A stretch of DNA of 64,000 bases from Felis catus (Eukaryota): positions 85,004,001 to 85,068,000 of the forward strand of contig NC_058368.1 in assembly GCF_018350175.1 (NCBI RefSeq), read 5' to 3'. This document shows, one piece after another, positions 1 through 11,759 of the stretch (position 1 is its first letter; every line of letters starts with the position of its first letter). Under the pieces are notes generated by a model that was not told the origin of the DNA, searched no databases, and was given only the letters and a program-made list of their open reading frames with translations. A program made the position numbers and the translations under genes.

Positions 1-138
1 CAAAGGGGTTGCATTAAATATGTAGAATGATTTGAATAGTATAGGCATTCTAACAACACTGATTCTTCCGATATATGAGCATGAAATTTATTTTATTTGT
101 GTCATCTTCAATTTCTTTCACCACTATTTTAGTTTTAT

Positions 139-1482
139 TATTTATTTACTTATGTTTTACTTTGAATTTTATTTTTTTAATACAATTTACTGTCAGATTG
201 GTTTCCATACAACACCCAGTGTTCATCCCAACAAGTGCCCTCCTCCATGCCCATTACCCACTTTCCCCTCTCCCTCACCTCCCATCTACCTATAGTTTGT
301 TCTCAGTCCTTATGTGTCTCTTATGGATTGCTTCCCTCCCTCTCTGTAACTTTATTTTCCCTTCCCCTCCCTCATTGTCTTCTGTTAAGTTTCTCAAGAT
401 CCATATATGAGTGAAAACATATGGTATCTGTCTTTATCTGCCTGGCTTATTTCACTTAGCATAATACCCTCCAGTTCCAACCACGTTGCTGCAAAAGGCC
501 AGATTTCATTCTTATTGTCAAGTAGTATTTAATTGTATATATAAACTGCATCTTCTTTATCCATCTGTCAGTTGATGGACATTTAGGCTGTTTCCATGAT
601 TTGGCTATTGTTGAAAGTGCTGCTATAAACATTCTGGTACATGTGCCCCTATGCATCAGCACTCCTGTATGCTTTGGGTAGATTCCTAGCAGTGCTGTTG
701 CTGGGTCATAGGGTAGTTCTATTTTTAATTTTTTGAGGAACCTCCACATTGTTTTTCAGAGTGGCTGCACCAGTTTGCATTCCCACCAGCAGTGCAAGAG
801 GCTTCCCCCTTCCCCACATCCTCTCCAGCATCTATGGTCTCCTGATTTGTTCATTTTAGCCACTCTGACTGGCATGAGGTGATATCTCATTGTAGTTTTG
901 ATTTGTATGGCCAACTAATCTTTGACAAAGCAGGAAAGAGTATCCAGTGGAAAAAAGTCTCTTTAACAAATGGTGCTGGGGAACTGGACAGCAACATGCA
1001 GAAGAATGAAACTAGACCACTTTCTTACACTATTCACAAAAAATAAACTCAAGATGGATGAAGGACCTGAATATGAAACAGGAAACCATCAAAACCCTGG
1101 AGGAAAAAAGCAGGAAATACCCTCTTTGACCTCAGCCACAGCAATTTCTTACTTGACACTTCTCCAAAGACAAGGGAATTAAATGCAAAAATGAACTATT
1201 GGGACCTCATGAAGATAAAAAGCTTCTGCACTGCAAAGGAATCAACCAACAAAACTAAAGGCAACAGACAGAAAGGGAAAAGATATTTGCAAATGACATA
1301 GCGGAAAAAGTGCTAGTGTCTAAAATCTATAAAGAACTCACCAAACTCCACACCTGAAAAATAAAGTCATCCAGTGAATAAATGGGCAGAAGACATGAAT
1401 AGACACTTTTCCAAAGAAGATATCCAGATGACCAACAGACACATAAAAAGACGCACAATGTCACTCTTCACTAGGGAAATAC
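139..1482 (-). mobile_element. 5'-truncated, 5'-inverted (twin-primed) LINE-1
   Basis: T-rich tail at ~139-180; minus-strand 3'UTR and ORF2 C-terminus to 908 ([15 protein letters not shown]); plus-strand ORF2 segment 905-1482 ([15 protein letters not shown]); flanking AGTTTTAT at 131-138 and 1483-1490. Confidence 0.9.
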
Positions 1483-1702
1483 AGTTTTATAGTACAGGTC
1501 TTTCACCTGCTTTGTTAAGTTTATTCCCAGGTATTCTATTATTTTTGGTGCAAATGTAAATGGGAGTATTTTCTCATTTCTGTTTCTGCTACTTTATTAT
1601 TAATGAATAATAAGGCAATCATTTTTGTATATTGACTTTTATCCTGAAAATTTACTAAATCTGTTCTTGTACAGATTTTTGCTGGAGACTTTAGGGATTT
1701 TT

Positions 1703-1911
1703 TTTTCAACTTTTATTTATTTTTGGGACAGAGAGAGAGAGAGAGCATGAACGGGGGAGGGGCAGAGAGAGAGGGAGACACAGAATCGGAAGCAGGCTCC
1801 AGGCTCTGAGCCATCAGCCCAGAGCCTGACGCGGGGCTCGAACTCACAGACCGCGAGATCGTGACCTGGCTGAAGTCGGACGCTTAACCGACTGCGCCAC
1901 CCAGGCGCCCC
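1703..1911 (-). mobile_element. Can-SINE, young SINEC_Fc1-like
   Basis: tRNA-derived head GGGGCGCCTGGGTGGCGCAGTCGG, (CT)n, A tail; CpGs intact; TSD ACTTTAGGGATTTTT at 1688-1702 and 1913-1927. Confidence 0.95.
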
Positions 1912-2189
1912 AACTTTAGGGATTTTTATATGTAGTATCATGTCCTCTGCAAAGAGTAAAATTTTTACTTCATTTTTATGAGTTTGGATGGCTTTTATTC
2001 ATTTTTCTTGCCTGATTGCTGCAGCTAGTACCTCCTGAGCTACATTGAATGAAAGTAACCAGACGGAATATCCTTATCATTTTCCCGGTCTTAGAGAAAA
2101 AGCTGTCAGATTTTCACCGTTGAGTATGATGTTAGTTGTGGCTTTTTCATAATATGTTGAGGAATGTTCTCTCTATATCTACTTTCTTT

Positions 2190-2373
2190 TTAAACTTTAT
2201 TTATTTATTTATTTATTTATTCATTCATTCATCCATCCATTCATTCATTCAGAGTAAATGGGGGAGAAGCAGAGAGAGGGAGAGAGAAAACCCCAAGTTT
2301 GAACTCACAAACCAAGAGATCATGGCCTGAGCTGAATTTGAGAGCTTAACTGACTGAACCATCCAGGTGCTCC
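2190..2373 (-). mobile_element. Can-SINE (older, degenerate)
   Basis: Reverse-complement head (ccatccaggtgctcc), (GA)n, T-rich tail; CTACTTTCTT on both sides. Confidence 0.85.
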
Positions 2374-2599
2374 TAAACCTACTTTCTTGAGAGTATCTTT
2401 CATAAATCAGTTTTCTAGTTTGAATAATACTTTCATGCATATATTGAGATGACCATATGATTTTTCTTTCTCTTCTTAATGTAATGTATCACATTTATTG
2501 ACTTGTAAACATTATACCATTCTTGAATCTGAGGAATACATCTCACTTGGTTTTGGTGAATGAGGTTTTTTATTAATGTGCTGTTAGATTCAGTTTGCT

Positions 2600-2810
2600 G
2601 GGGCACCTGGGTGGCTCAGTCAGTTAAGTATTTGATTTCAGCTCAGGTCATGATCTCATGATCCATGGATTCCAGTCCCATGTTTGACTCTGTGCTGACA
2701 GCTCAGAGCCTGGAGCCTGCTTTGGATTCAGTGTATTCCTCTTTCTCTACCCCTCACCCATTCAAGCTCTATCTCTTTCTTTCTCAAAAATGAACACTAA
2801 TTTTTTTTAA
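2600..2810 (+). mobile_element. Can-SINE
   Basis: GGGGCACCTGGGTGGCTCAG head, SINEC body, CT-rich region, A tail. Confidence 0.9.
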
Positions 2811-3289
2811 AGATTCAATTTACTAATATTTTCTTGATAATTTTTCATCTATGCATCTATGGTTACCAGAGAGATTGGCCTGAGGTTTTGTAGTTTCATG
2901 TTTTTTTTTTTTTTAATCAGGAAATGCTGTTTTTGTAGAATGAATTTGGAAGTTGTACTTTCTTTTTAAACTTTCATAATTGTTTGAGAAGAATAAGTAT
3001 TAACTGTTCCTTAAATGTTTGATAGCATTCCACTCTTAATTCACCAGGTACTGGACATTTGTTTATTGAGAGTGTATTGGTTATTGATTTAGTTTCATTG
3101 CTGATAATTGGTCTGTTCAAATTTTCAATTCCTTCCTGATTCACTTTTAGCAGGAATCCATGTCTATTAATTTATCTATTTATTTTACCTTGTCCAATTT
3201 GTTGGCATACAATTTTTCATAAAATTGTCATACTCCTTTGTATTTATGTATTGTCAGTTATTTCTCCTAATTTATTCCACTATATTTCT

Positions 3290-3500
3290 TTTTTAAATTT
3301 TGTTAATGTTTATTTGTTTTTGACAGAGACAGAGCATGAGTGGGGGAGGGGCAGAGAGAGGGAGACACAGAATCTGAAGCAGGCTCCAGGCTCTGAGCTG
3401 TCAGCACAGAGCTTGACGTGGGGCTCAAACTCACAGACTGCGAGATCATGACCTGACCTGAAGTTGGACACTCAACCGATCTGACCCACACAGGCGCCCC
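3290..3500 (-). mobile_element. Can-SINE
   Basis: Reverse-complement SINEC body; near-TSD TATTCCACTATATTTCT / TATTCTACTTTATTTCT. Confidence 0.92.
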
Positions 3501-4474
3501 TATTCTACTTTATTTCTGATTTTATTTCTTTGACTCTTCTTTCTTTTTTCTAGTGAGTCTCACTAAAATTTTATTAATTTAATCTTTCCAAAAAACTACA
3601 CTCCTGTTACTTACCTATTCTGTTGTTTGTGTGTTTTTTTTTGTATAGTTGTGTTATTTTAGCTTTAATTTATTTCTACTTAATTTTTATCAAGTTCTAA
3701 CTTCTATTGGGTTGTACTTTGCTTATTCTTATTTTTCTAGCTCCTGTAGGTGTATAGTGTTAGGTTGAATATTTGAGATTTTTCTAAGTTTCTTGAAGTA
3801 TGCCTATATTTCTACAATCATGCCTCTTACAACAGCTTTTGCTGTAACAAAAATAGTTTGGATTGCTGTGTTTTTTAGTTTATTTAGAATCCAAGAATTT
3901 TTACATTGATTTTGAATTCTTGGATGATCCATTCATTGTTTAATGCATGTTATTAAGCCTTAATATATTTATTATATTTCCAGATTTTTTTCTTGTGCTT
4001 GCATTATAGTTTCATATCACTGTTTTGGAAATGTTTCCTAATATAATTCCAATCTTATTAAAATTATTGAGACTTATTTTGTGGACTAACATATGATATA
4101 TTATTGAAAATGTTCTATATGTACTTGAAGAGTGTGTGTTCTCTTCTTTTGGATGGAATATTCTACATACATCTGTTAGGTCCATCTGTTCCAATGTCTC
4201 ATTCAAAGCCACTTTTTCCCTGTTGATTTTGTTTTTGCATTGATGTAAGTTAGCTCTTAATGTCCTCTACTATTATTTTATTACTGTAATTTTCTTTATT
4301 TATGAGTATTAACAATTTCTTTATGTACCTTGGTACACACATGTTAGGTGCATAGATATTTGCAATTATTACATCCTCTTATTGTATTGTTTTCTTTATC
4401 ATTATGTAGTGTCTTTCTTAGTATCCTACTACAGTCTTAAAAATATATATTTTGGATTGTTTTAGGAAGATAAC

Positions 4475-7400
4475 TGAGTAGGAGGAACTGAAACCCACTC
4501 TGTCCCAAATTTACAAATAGATATCATCCACATATAAATCAATAAACTGAAGAGTGTCCCAAACCTAGAAGAAGAAACTCCACAACTAAATACAGAGAAC
4601 AAGCTTCATATGAAAGGTTAGGAAAATCAAAAAGGTGGAGGGAAGCTGCCTGCAAGAGGTAGGGGAATGAATGAATTAAGAGAGCAGGGAAATAGGCTCT
4701 TGCACCAGGAACCTCACACAGGAAAGACTAATTCCCACAAAGTTTGGCTTTGAAAACTGGAAGGGCTGAATTGTGTTTGGGTAACCAGTGGTACTTGGAG
4801 CCTGGAATTTCAAATGTCAGCTGACTCAACACTAGGTGAGCCTGGAAGGCAAGCAATAGCTGAGTCTCCATTCTTGATGAGACAGCAGCCTTCTCTGAAA
4901 CGCAACATAAAAACAGCAGCTTACACAACACTGAGGACAAACAGGAGCAACATCTTTTCTACTGGATTCAGAGTCTGTTGAGGGACTTCTACAAAATGGA
5001 GGGAATAGGCAGGTGCCATTTTCCTCCATCATCCCTTACCATAAATATTTGTCTATCTGCAGATATATGAGCTTCATAGACACTTGCTACCTTTGTGCTA
5101 ACACTGTGCCACATCCAAGAGTTCTCCTGAAGGTTCTTTCACTCCCATCCTGCTAGACTTGGCCATAGGCTATGGGAAAATTTTGGTAAAGCCTTGTGTG
5201 ACATGCACAGCCTCTGGGTACCCTGTTCTCACCTTGCAGTACTCAGCCACCATGATCAGCCATTCCAAACCATTGACAAGTTCCACGACCAGTAGAATAG
5301 ACTTAGGTAATTCAGTGACTTTGTCAGATATAATGACATTTGTATTATGGGAATCCCAGAAGGAGAGAAGAGGGAAAAGAGGGCAGAAATTAGAAAAAAA
5401 AAATGTTTATTTATTCTTAAGACAGAGAGAGACACAGCATGAAAAGGGTAGGAGCAGAGAGAGGGAGACACAGAATCTGAAACAGGCTCCAAGCTCTAAG
5501 CTATCAGCACAGAGCCTGATGTGGGGCTCGAACCCATGAAGTATGAGATCATGACCTGAGTAGAAGTCAGATCTCAACTGACTGAGCCACCCAGGTGCCC
5601 CAAGAGGGAAGAAATTTTGTATGAAGTAATAATAACTGAAAACATCCCTAATCTGAAGAAAGAAACACATATCCAGATCCAGGAGGCAGAGAGAACTTCC
5701 ATCAAAATCAACAAAAGCAGACCCATAATAAGACGTACCATAATTAAACTGGAAAAATACAGTGATAAAGGAATAAATTTAAAGCAACAACACAAAGGAA
5801 AACAGTAACTTTGAAGGGAAAACCCATCATGCTAGTGGGATATTTTTCAAAATAAATTTTCCAAGGCACAAGGGAGTGGAATAACATATTCAAAATGTTC
5901 AATGGCCAAAATGTACAACCAAGAATACTCTATCCAGTAAGGCCATTATAGAAAATAGAAGTATAGATGAATATTTTTCCATATAAACAAATACTAAGGG
6001 ACTTCATGACCATTAAACCAGTCCTGAAGGAAATACGAAAAGTGTCTCTACCAGTGGACAGGAGAGACCAAAAGTGAAAGTATATAGGTAGGAAACAAAA
6101 AAAATCAGTAAAAATAAACATTTCTCTAAAAAATTAATCAATGAACTCACAAAATAAAAGGACATAAAATATAACAACATATACCTGAAATGTGGAGGAG
6201 GGGTAAACATTGTGTTCAAACTTAAGTGAATATCAACGTAATATAGACTGCTATATGCAGAAGTGATTCTATACAATCCTAATGGCAACCATATTTCAAT
6301 AGATACTTATCAATATGCAAATATTAAGGACAAAGGAATCCATGTATATCATAAAACATCAGCAAAACGTGAAAGAGACAAGAGAAGATCAGAGAAAATC
6401 TTCAAGAACAACAAAACATATGAAAATAACAATAAATACATAATTACTTTAATGTAAATGGACTAAATGCTCCAATAAAAAAACATAGAATTATAGAGTT
6501 ACAAAATGGTTAAGAAAAGAAGACCCATATATATGATGCCTACAAGAGTCCACGTTTAGACCTAAAGACACCTGTGAATTGAAGGTCATTGGATGAAGAA
6601 ATATCTATGATGCAAATGTATGTCAAAAGAAGGCCAGAGTAGCAATGCATGTATGACATAATAGACTTTAAAACAGACTGTAAGAAAAAAAAATAAGGTC
6701 ACTACATAAAATAAAATAGACAATCCAACAAGGAGATACTTACAATTGTAAATATTTTTGCATCCAAAAGTGAAGCATCTAAGTACAGAAAGCAGTTAAT
6801 AACAAATAAAAATAACTAATTGATAATAAAATAATAGTAGGGGAATTTAACACCTCAGTTACAACAATGGACAGATCATCTAAAATAAAAAAAAAATCAA
6901 CCAAGAAGTAATGGCTTTAAATGACACACTGGAATAGAAAAATTTAACATATATATTCAGAACATTCCATACTAAAAGAGCACAATGCATATTATTTTCA
7001 GGTGCACACAAGGCATTTTCAAGAATAGATCACATATCCTATAATATATCTCAATAAATTCAAGAAGACTGAAGCCATACCATGCATCTTTTTAGACCAG
7101 AATGTTATGAAGCTAGAAGACAACCAAAGAGAAAAACTGTGAAAGACTTCACACAAAGAGAAAGAGTGATAAATACGTGAAGATTACAAAACATGCTACT
7201 AAATAATGAACAGGCCAATTTGGAAATCAAAGACTAAATTAAAAAGTACATGGAAACACATAAAAATATAAACACAATGGTCCAAAACCTCTGAGATGCA
7301 CCAAAAGCAGTTCTAAGAGGAAAATTTAGAGAAATATCAGCCAACCTCAAGAAATTAGAAAAATCTCAAACAAACAAACCTAACATCTAAATGAGCTAGA

Positions 7401-7500
7401 GAATGAACAACAAACAAAATCTAAAACAAACAGCAGAAAGGAAATAATAAAGATTGGAGCATAAGTAAATGATATAAAGTTTTAAAAAATAGAACAGATC
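4475..7500 (+). mobile_element. Old carnivore LINE-1: 5'UTR, partial ORF1 (internal deletion near 5300), ORF2 endonuclease region; 3'-truncated
   Basis: L1 5' end GGAAGATAACTGAGTAGGAGG; ORF1 remnant ENIPNLKKETHIQIQEAER (5617-5808); ORF2 start region AATGTAAATGGACTAAATGCTCC; ends at GAACAGATC (7500). Confidence 0.85.
5400..5601 (-). mobile_element. Can-SINE
   Basis: SINEC body; TSD AAGAGGGCAGAAATT / AAGAGGGAAGAAATT. Confidence 0.92.
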
Positions 7501-8573
7501 AGACTGTGGCCCAGGGGCAGCGGGTGCTGGGACTTGCGCTGACTCCATCCCGAGAAGGTGTTCAGTAAAGATTCATTTAATAAATAATTGAATGAATAAA
7601 TGAGTGCATTTATTATATAAATTATATCATTATATCAATGAGAATAAATACTAGTTCTCGGGATCCTGGGAAGATGGTGGCGCAGGAGGACGCTGGGCTC
7701 ACCAAGCATCCTGCTGATCACTTACATTCCACCTACACCTGCTTAAATAACCCAGAAAACCACCAGAAGACTAGCAGAACAGAGTCTGCAGAGCCAAGCG
7801 CAGACAAGAGGAAGAGGGTGGGAAGGGTGGCCAGGCGGTGGGTGCTACACGGATTGGGGGGAGGAAGCCTGGGTGGAGAGGCAGCCCGCCAGCCAAGCAG
7901 AGCCCCTTAATCTGGCTTGCAAAAGTGGAGGGGCCAGACAGAGTGTGTTCTGACAGCAAGCAGGACTTGACATCTGGAAGGTTACAAGCTAATAGCTCTA
8001 CTCTGAGAGCAGGAGGGGTGGAAGACAATGGGAGGGAGAGTCGTTGAGCCCCTGATGAGCTCAGCTTGGCGGGTGAGCAAAGGTGCTCACCAGCGCCATC
8101 TCCCTCGCCCATCCCGCAGCCAAAATCCCAAATGGAACCAGTTCCTGTCAGGGAACTTGCTTGCACCTCCCAAACATCCAACGCTGTGTTTCTGGGGATC
8201 CATCCCTCCAATGGGCCTGACTCCCTCCTGGTGCCACAGGGCCCCTCCCTAAGCAGATCTCCGAAGGAAAAGCGAGCTGAGCCTGCCCCTCCCACCCCCG
8301 TGCACCTTGCTGATCCACCCCAGCTAATATGCCAGTTCCCCAGCACCACAAGTCTGGCAGTGTGCAAGGAGCCCAGACTGGCCACACCACCCCACAGTGA
8401 ATTCTGCCACTAGGAGAGGGGAAGAGAAGGCACACACCAGTCTGACTGTGGCCCCAGCTGTGGGCTGGGGGCAGACATCAGGTCTGACTGTGGCCCCGCC
8501 CACCAATACAAGTTATTCAAGACACACAGGGGAAGTGCCCCGCAGTTCTGCACCACTCCAGGGACTATCCAAA

Positions 8574-9699
8574 ATGACCAAACGGAAGAATTCCCCTCAA
8601 AAAAAGTCCCGGAAATAATGACAGCTAATGAACTGATAAAAAATGATTTAAACAATATAACAGAAAGTGAATTTAGAATAATAGTCATAAAATTAATCGC
8701 TGGGCTTGAAAACAGTATAAAGGACAGCAGAGAAGCTATTGTTACAGAGATCCAGGGACTAAGGAACAGCCAGGAGGAGCTAAAAAATGCTATCAATGAG
8801 CTGCAAAATAAAATGGAGACAACCACAGCTCAGATTGAAGAGGCAGAGGAGAGAGTAGGTGAACTAGAAGATAAAATTATGGAAAAATAAGAAGCTGAAG
8901 AAAAGAGAGATAAAAAAATCCAGGAGTATGAGGGGAAAATTAAAGAACTAAGTGATGCACTAAAGAGAAATAATATACGCATAATTGGTATTCCAGAGGA
9001 GGAAGAGAGAGGGAAAGGTGCTGAAGGTGTACTTGAATAAATAATAGCTGAGAACTTCCCTGATCTGGGGAAGGAAAAAGACATTGAAATCCAAGAGGCA
9101 CAGAGAACTCCCTTCAGACGTAACTTGAATCAATCTTCTGCATGACATATCATAGTGAAACTGGCAAAATACAAGGATAAAGAGAATATTCTGAAAGCAG
9201 GTAGAGATAAATGTGCTCTAACATATAAAGGGAGACCTATAAGACTCATGACTGATCTCGGTGCGCCTGGGTGGCTCAGTTGGTTAAGCGGCCAGCTTCG
9301 GCTCAGGTCATGATCTCGCCGTCCGTGAGTTCAAGCCCCGCGTTGGGCTCTGTGCTGACAGCTCAGAGCCTGCAGCCTGCTTCTGATTCTGTGTCTCCCT
9401 CTCTCTCTGACCCTCCCCCATTCATGCTCTGTCTCTCTCTGTCTCAAAAATAAAATAAACATTTAAAAAAAAAGAAAGACTCATGACAAATCTCTCTACT
9501 GAAACTTGGCAGGCCAGAAAGGAGTGGCAGGAGATCTTCAATGTGATGAACAGAAAAAATATGCAGCCGAGAAACCTTATCCAGCAAGTCTGTCATTTAG
9601 AATAGAAGGAGACATAAAGGTCTTCCCAAACAAACAAAAACTGAAAGAACTCGTCACCACCAAACCAGCCCTATAATAGATCCTAAGGGAGATCCTGTA
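8574..9699 (+). pseudogene. LINE-1 ORF1p (disrupted)
   Basis: ATG ACC AAA CGG at 8574, coiled-coil ORF 8618-8890; frameshift, premature stops and a SINE insertion at 9260. Confidence 0.85.
9260..9475 (+). mobile_element. Can-SINE inserted in L1 ORF1
   Basis: TSD AAGACTCATGACTGATCTC (9241-9259) / AAGACTCATGACAAATCTC (9476-9494). Confidence 0.95.
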
Positions 9700-9729
9700 G
9701 GACAAAGTACCAGAGACATCGCTACAAGC

Positions 9730-11690
9730 ATGAAACCTACGGACATCACAATGACTCTAAACCCATATCTTTCTATAATAACACTGAATGTAAATGGACT
9801 AAATGCGCCAACCAAAAGACATAGGGTATCAGAATGTATAAAAAAACAAGACCCATCTATTTCTTGTCTACAAGAGACTCATTTTAGACCTGAGGACACC
9901 TTCAGATTGAGAGTGAGGGGATGGAGAACTATTTATCATGCTACTGGAAGTCAAAAGAAAGCTGGAGTAGCCCTACTTATATCAGACAAACTAGACTTTA
10001 AGTTAAAGGCTGTAACAAGAGATGAAGAAGGGCATTATATAATAATTACAGGGTCTATCCATCAGGAAGAGGTAACAATTATAAATGTCTATGTGCCGAA
10101 TACAGGAGCCCCCAAATATATAAAACAATTACGCACAAACAGAAGCAACCTTATTGATAAGAATGTGGTAATTGCAGGGGACTTTAACACTCCACTTACA
10201 GAAATGGATAGATCATCTAGACACACGTTCAATAAACAAGGGATCTGAATGATACCTTAGAACAGATGGACTTGACAGATATATTTAGAGCTCTGCATCC
10301 CAAAGCAACAGAATATACTTTCTTCTCAAGTGCACATGGAACATTCTCCAAGATAGATCACATACTGGGTCACAAAACAGCCCTTCATAAGTATACAAGA
10401 ATGGAAATCATACCATGCATACTTTCAGACCACAATGCTATGAAGCTTGAAATCAACCACAGGAAAAAGTCGGGAAAACCTCCAAAAGCATGGAGGTTAA
10501 AGAACACCCTACTAAAGAATGAATGGGTCAACCGGGCAATTAGAGAAGAAATTTAAAAAAATATATGGAAACAAACGAAAATGAAAATACAACAATCCAA
10601 ACACTTTGGGATGCAGTGAAGGCAGTCCTGAGAGGAAAATACATTGCAATCCAGGCCTATCTCAAGAAACAAGAAAAATCCCAAATACAAAATCTAACAG
10701 CATACCTAAAGGAAATAGAAGCAGAACAGCAAAGACAGCCTAAACCCAGCAGAAGAAGAGAAATAATAAAGATCAGAGCAGAAATAAACAATATAGAGTC
10801 TAAAAGAAAAACTGTAGAGCAGATCAATGAAACCAAGAGTTGGTTTTTTGAAAAAATAAACAAAATTGATAACCCTCTAGCCAGGCTTCTCAAAAAGAAA
10901 AGGGAGATGACCCAAATAGATAAAATCATGAATGAAAATGGAATTATTACAACCAATCCCTCAGAGATACAAGCAATTATCAGGGAATACTATGTAAAAT
11001 TATATGCCAAGAAATTGGACAACCTGGAAGAAATGGACAAATTCCTAAACACCCACACACTTCCAAAACTCAATCAGGAGGAAATAGGAAGCTTTAACAG
11101 ACCCATAACCAGCTAAAAATTGAATCAGTCATGAAAAATCTCCCAACAAATAAGAGTCCAGGACCAGATGGCTTCCCAGGGGAGTTCTACCAGACGTTCA
11201 AAGCAGAGATAATACCTATCCTTCTCAAGCTATTCCAAAAAATAGAAAGGGAAGGAAAACTTTCAGACTCATTCTATGAAGCCAGTATTACTTTGACTCC
11301 TAAACCAGACAGAGACCCAGTAAAAAAAGAGAACTACAGGCCAATATCCCTGATGAATATGGATGCATAAATTCTCAATAAGATACTAGCAAATCGAATT
11401 CAACAGCATATAAAAGAATTATTCACCATGATCAAGTGGGATTCATTCCTGGTATGCAGGGCTGGTTCAACATTCACAAATCAATCAACATGATCCATCA
11501 CATTAATAAAAGAAAAGATAAGAACCATTTGATCCTGTCAATCGATGCAGAAAAGGCCTTTGACAAAATTCAGCATCCTTTCTTAATAAAAACCCTTGAG
11601 AAAGTCGGGATAGAAGGAACATACTTAAAGATCATAAAAGCCATTTATGAAAAGCCCATAGCTAACATCATCCTCAATTGGGAAAATCTG
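9730..11690 (+). pseudogene. LINE-1 ORF2p (endonuclease, Z and partial RT; frameshifted, truncated)
   Basis: ORFs 9730-10248, 10266-10556, 10565-11116, 11131-11370 and 11436-11711 are consecutive pieces of L1 ORF2p. Confidence 0.92.
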
Positions 11691-11759
11691 CAAGTATTAA
11701 TAAAATGTTAATACTAATATTAATTAAACTATACTAATAAGTATAGTTCAGTATAGGTC

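Larger units (their letters stand above)
1..4440 (-). mobile_element. Old LINE-1 ORF2 fragment (degenerate), interrupted by a younger inverted L1 and four Can-SINEs
   Basis: Antisense L1 ORF2 sequence, e.g. minus-strand ORF 4012-4212 ALNETLEQMDLTD (endonuclease domain). It resumes after the insertion at 1483. Confidence 0.85.
7660..11690 (+). mobile_element. Young felid LINE-1 (L1_Fc-like): intact 5' end, 3'-truncated within RT
   Basis: GC-rich 5'UTR starting GGGATCCTGGGAAGATGG; ORF1; ORF2 endonuclease (LNVNGLN, SDHN) and start of RT ([17 protein letters not shown]); closely similar to 48231-54323. Confidence 0.95.

Noticed and set aside
1717..1941. Recurrent short ORFs such as GAPGWLSRLSVRL / LEPASDSVSPSL
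   Set aside because: They are translations of Can-SINE copies, not a gene family.
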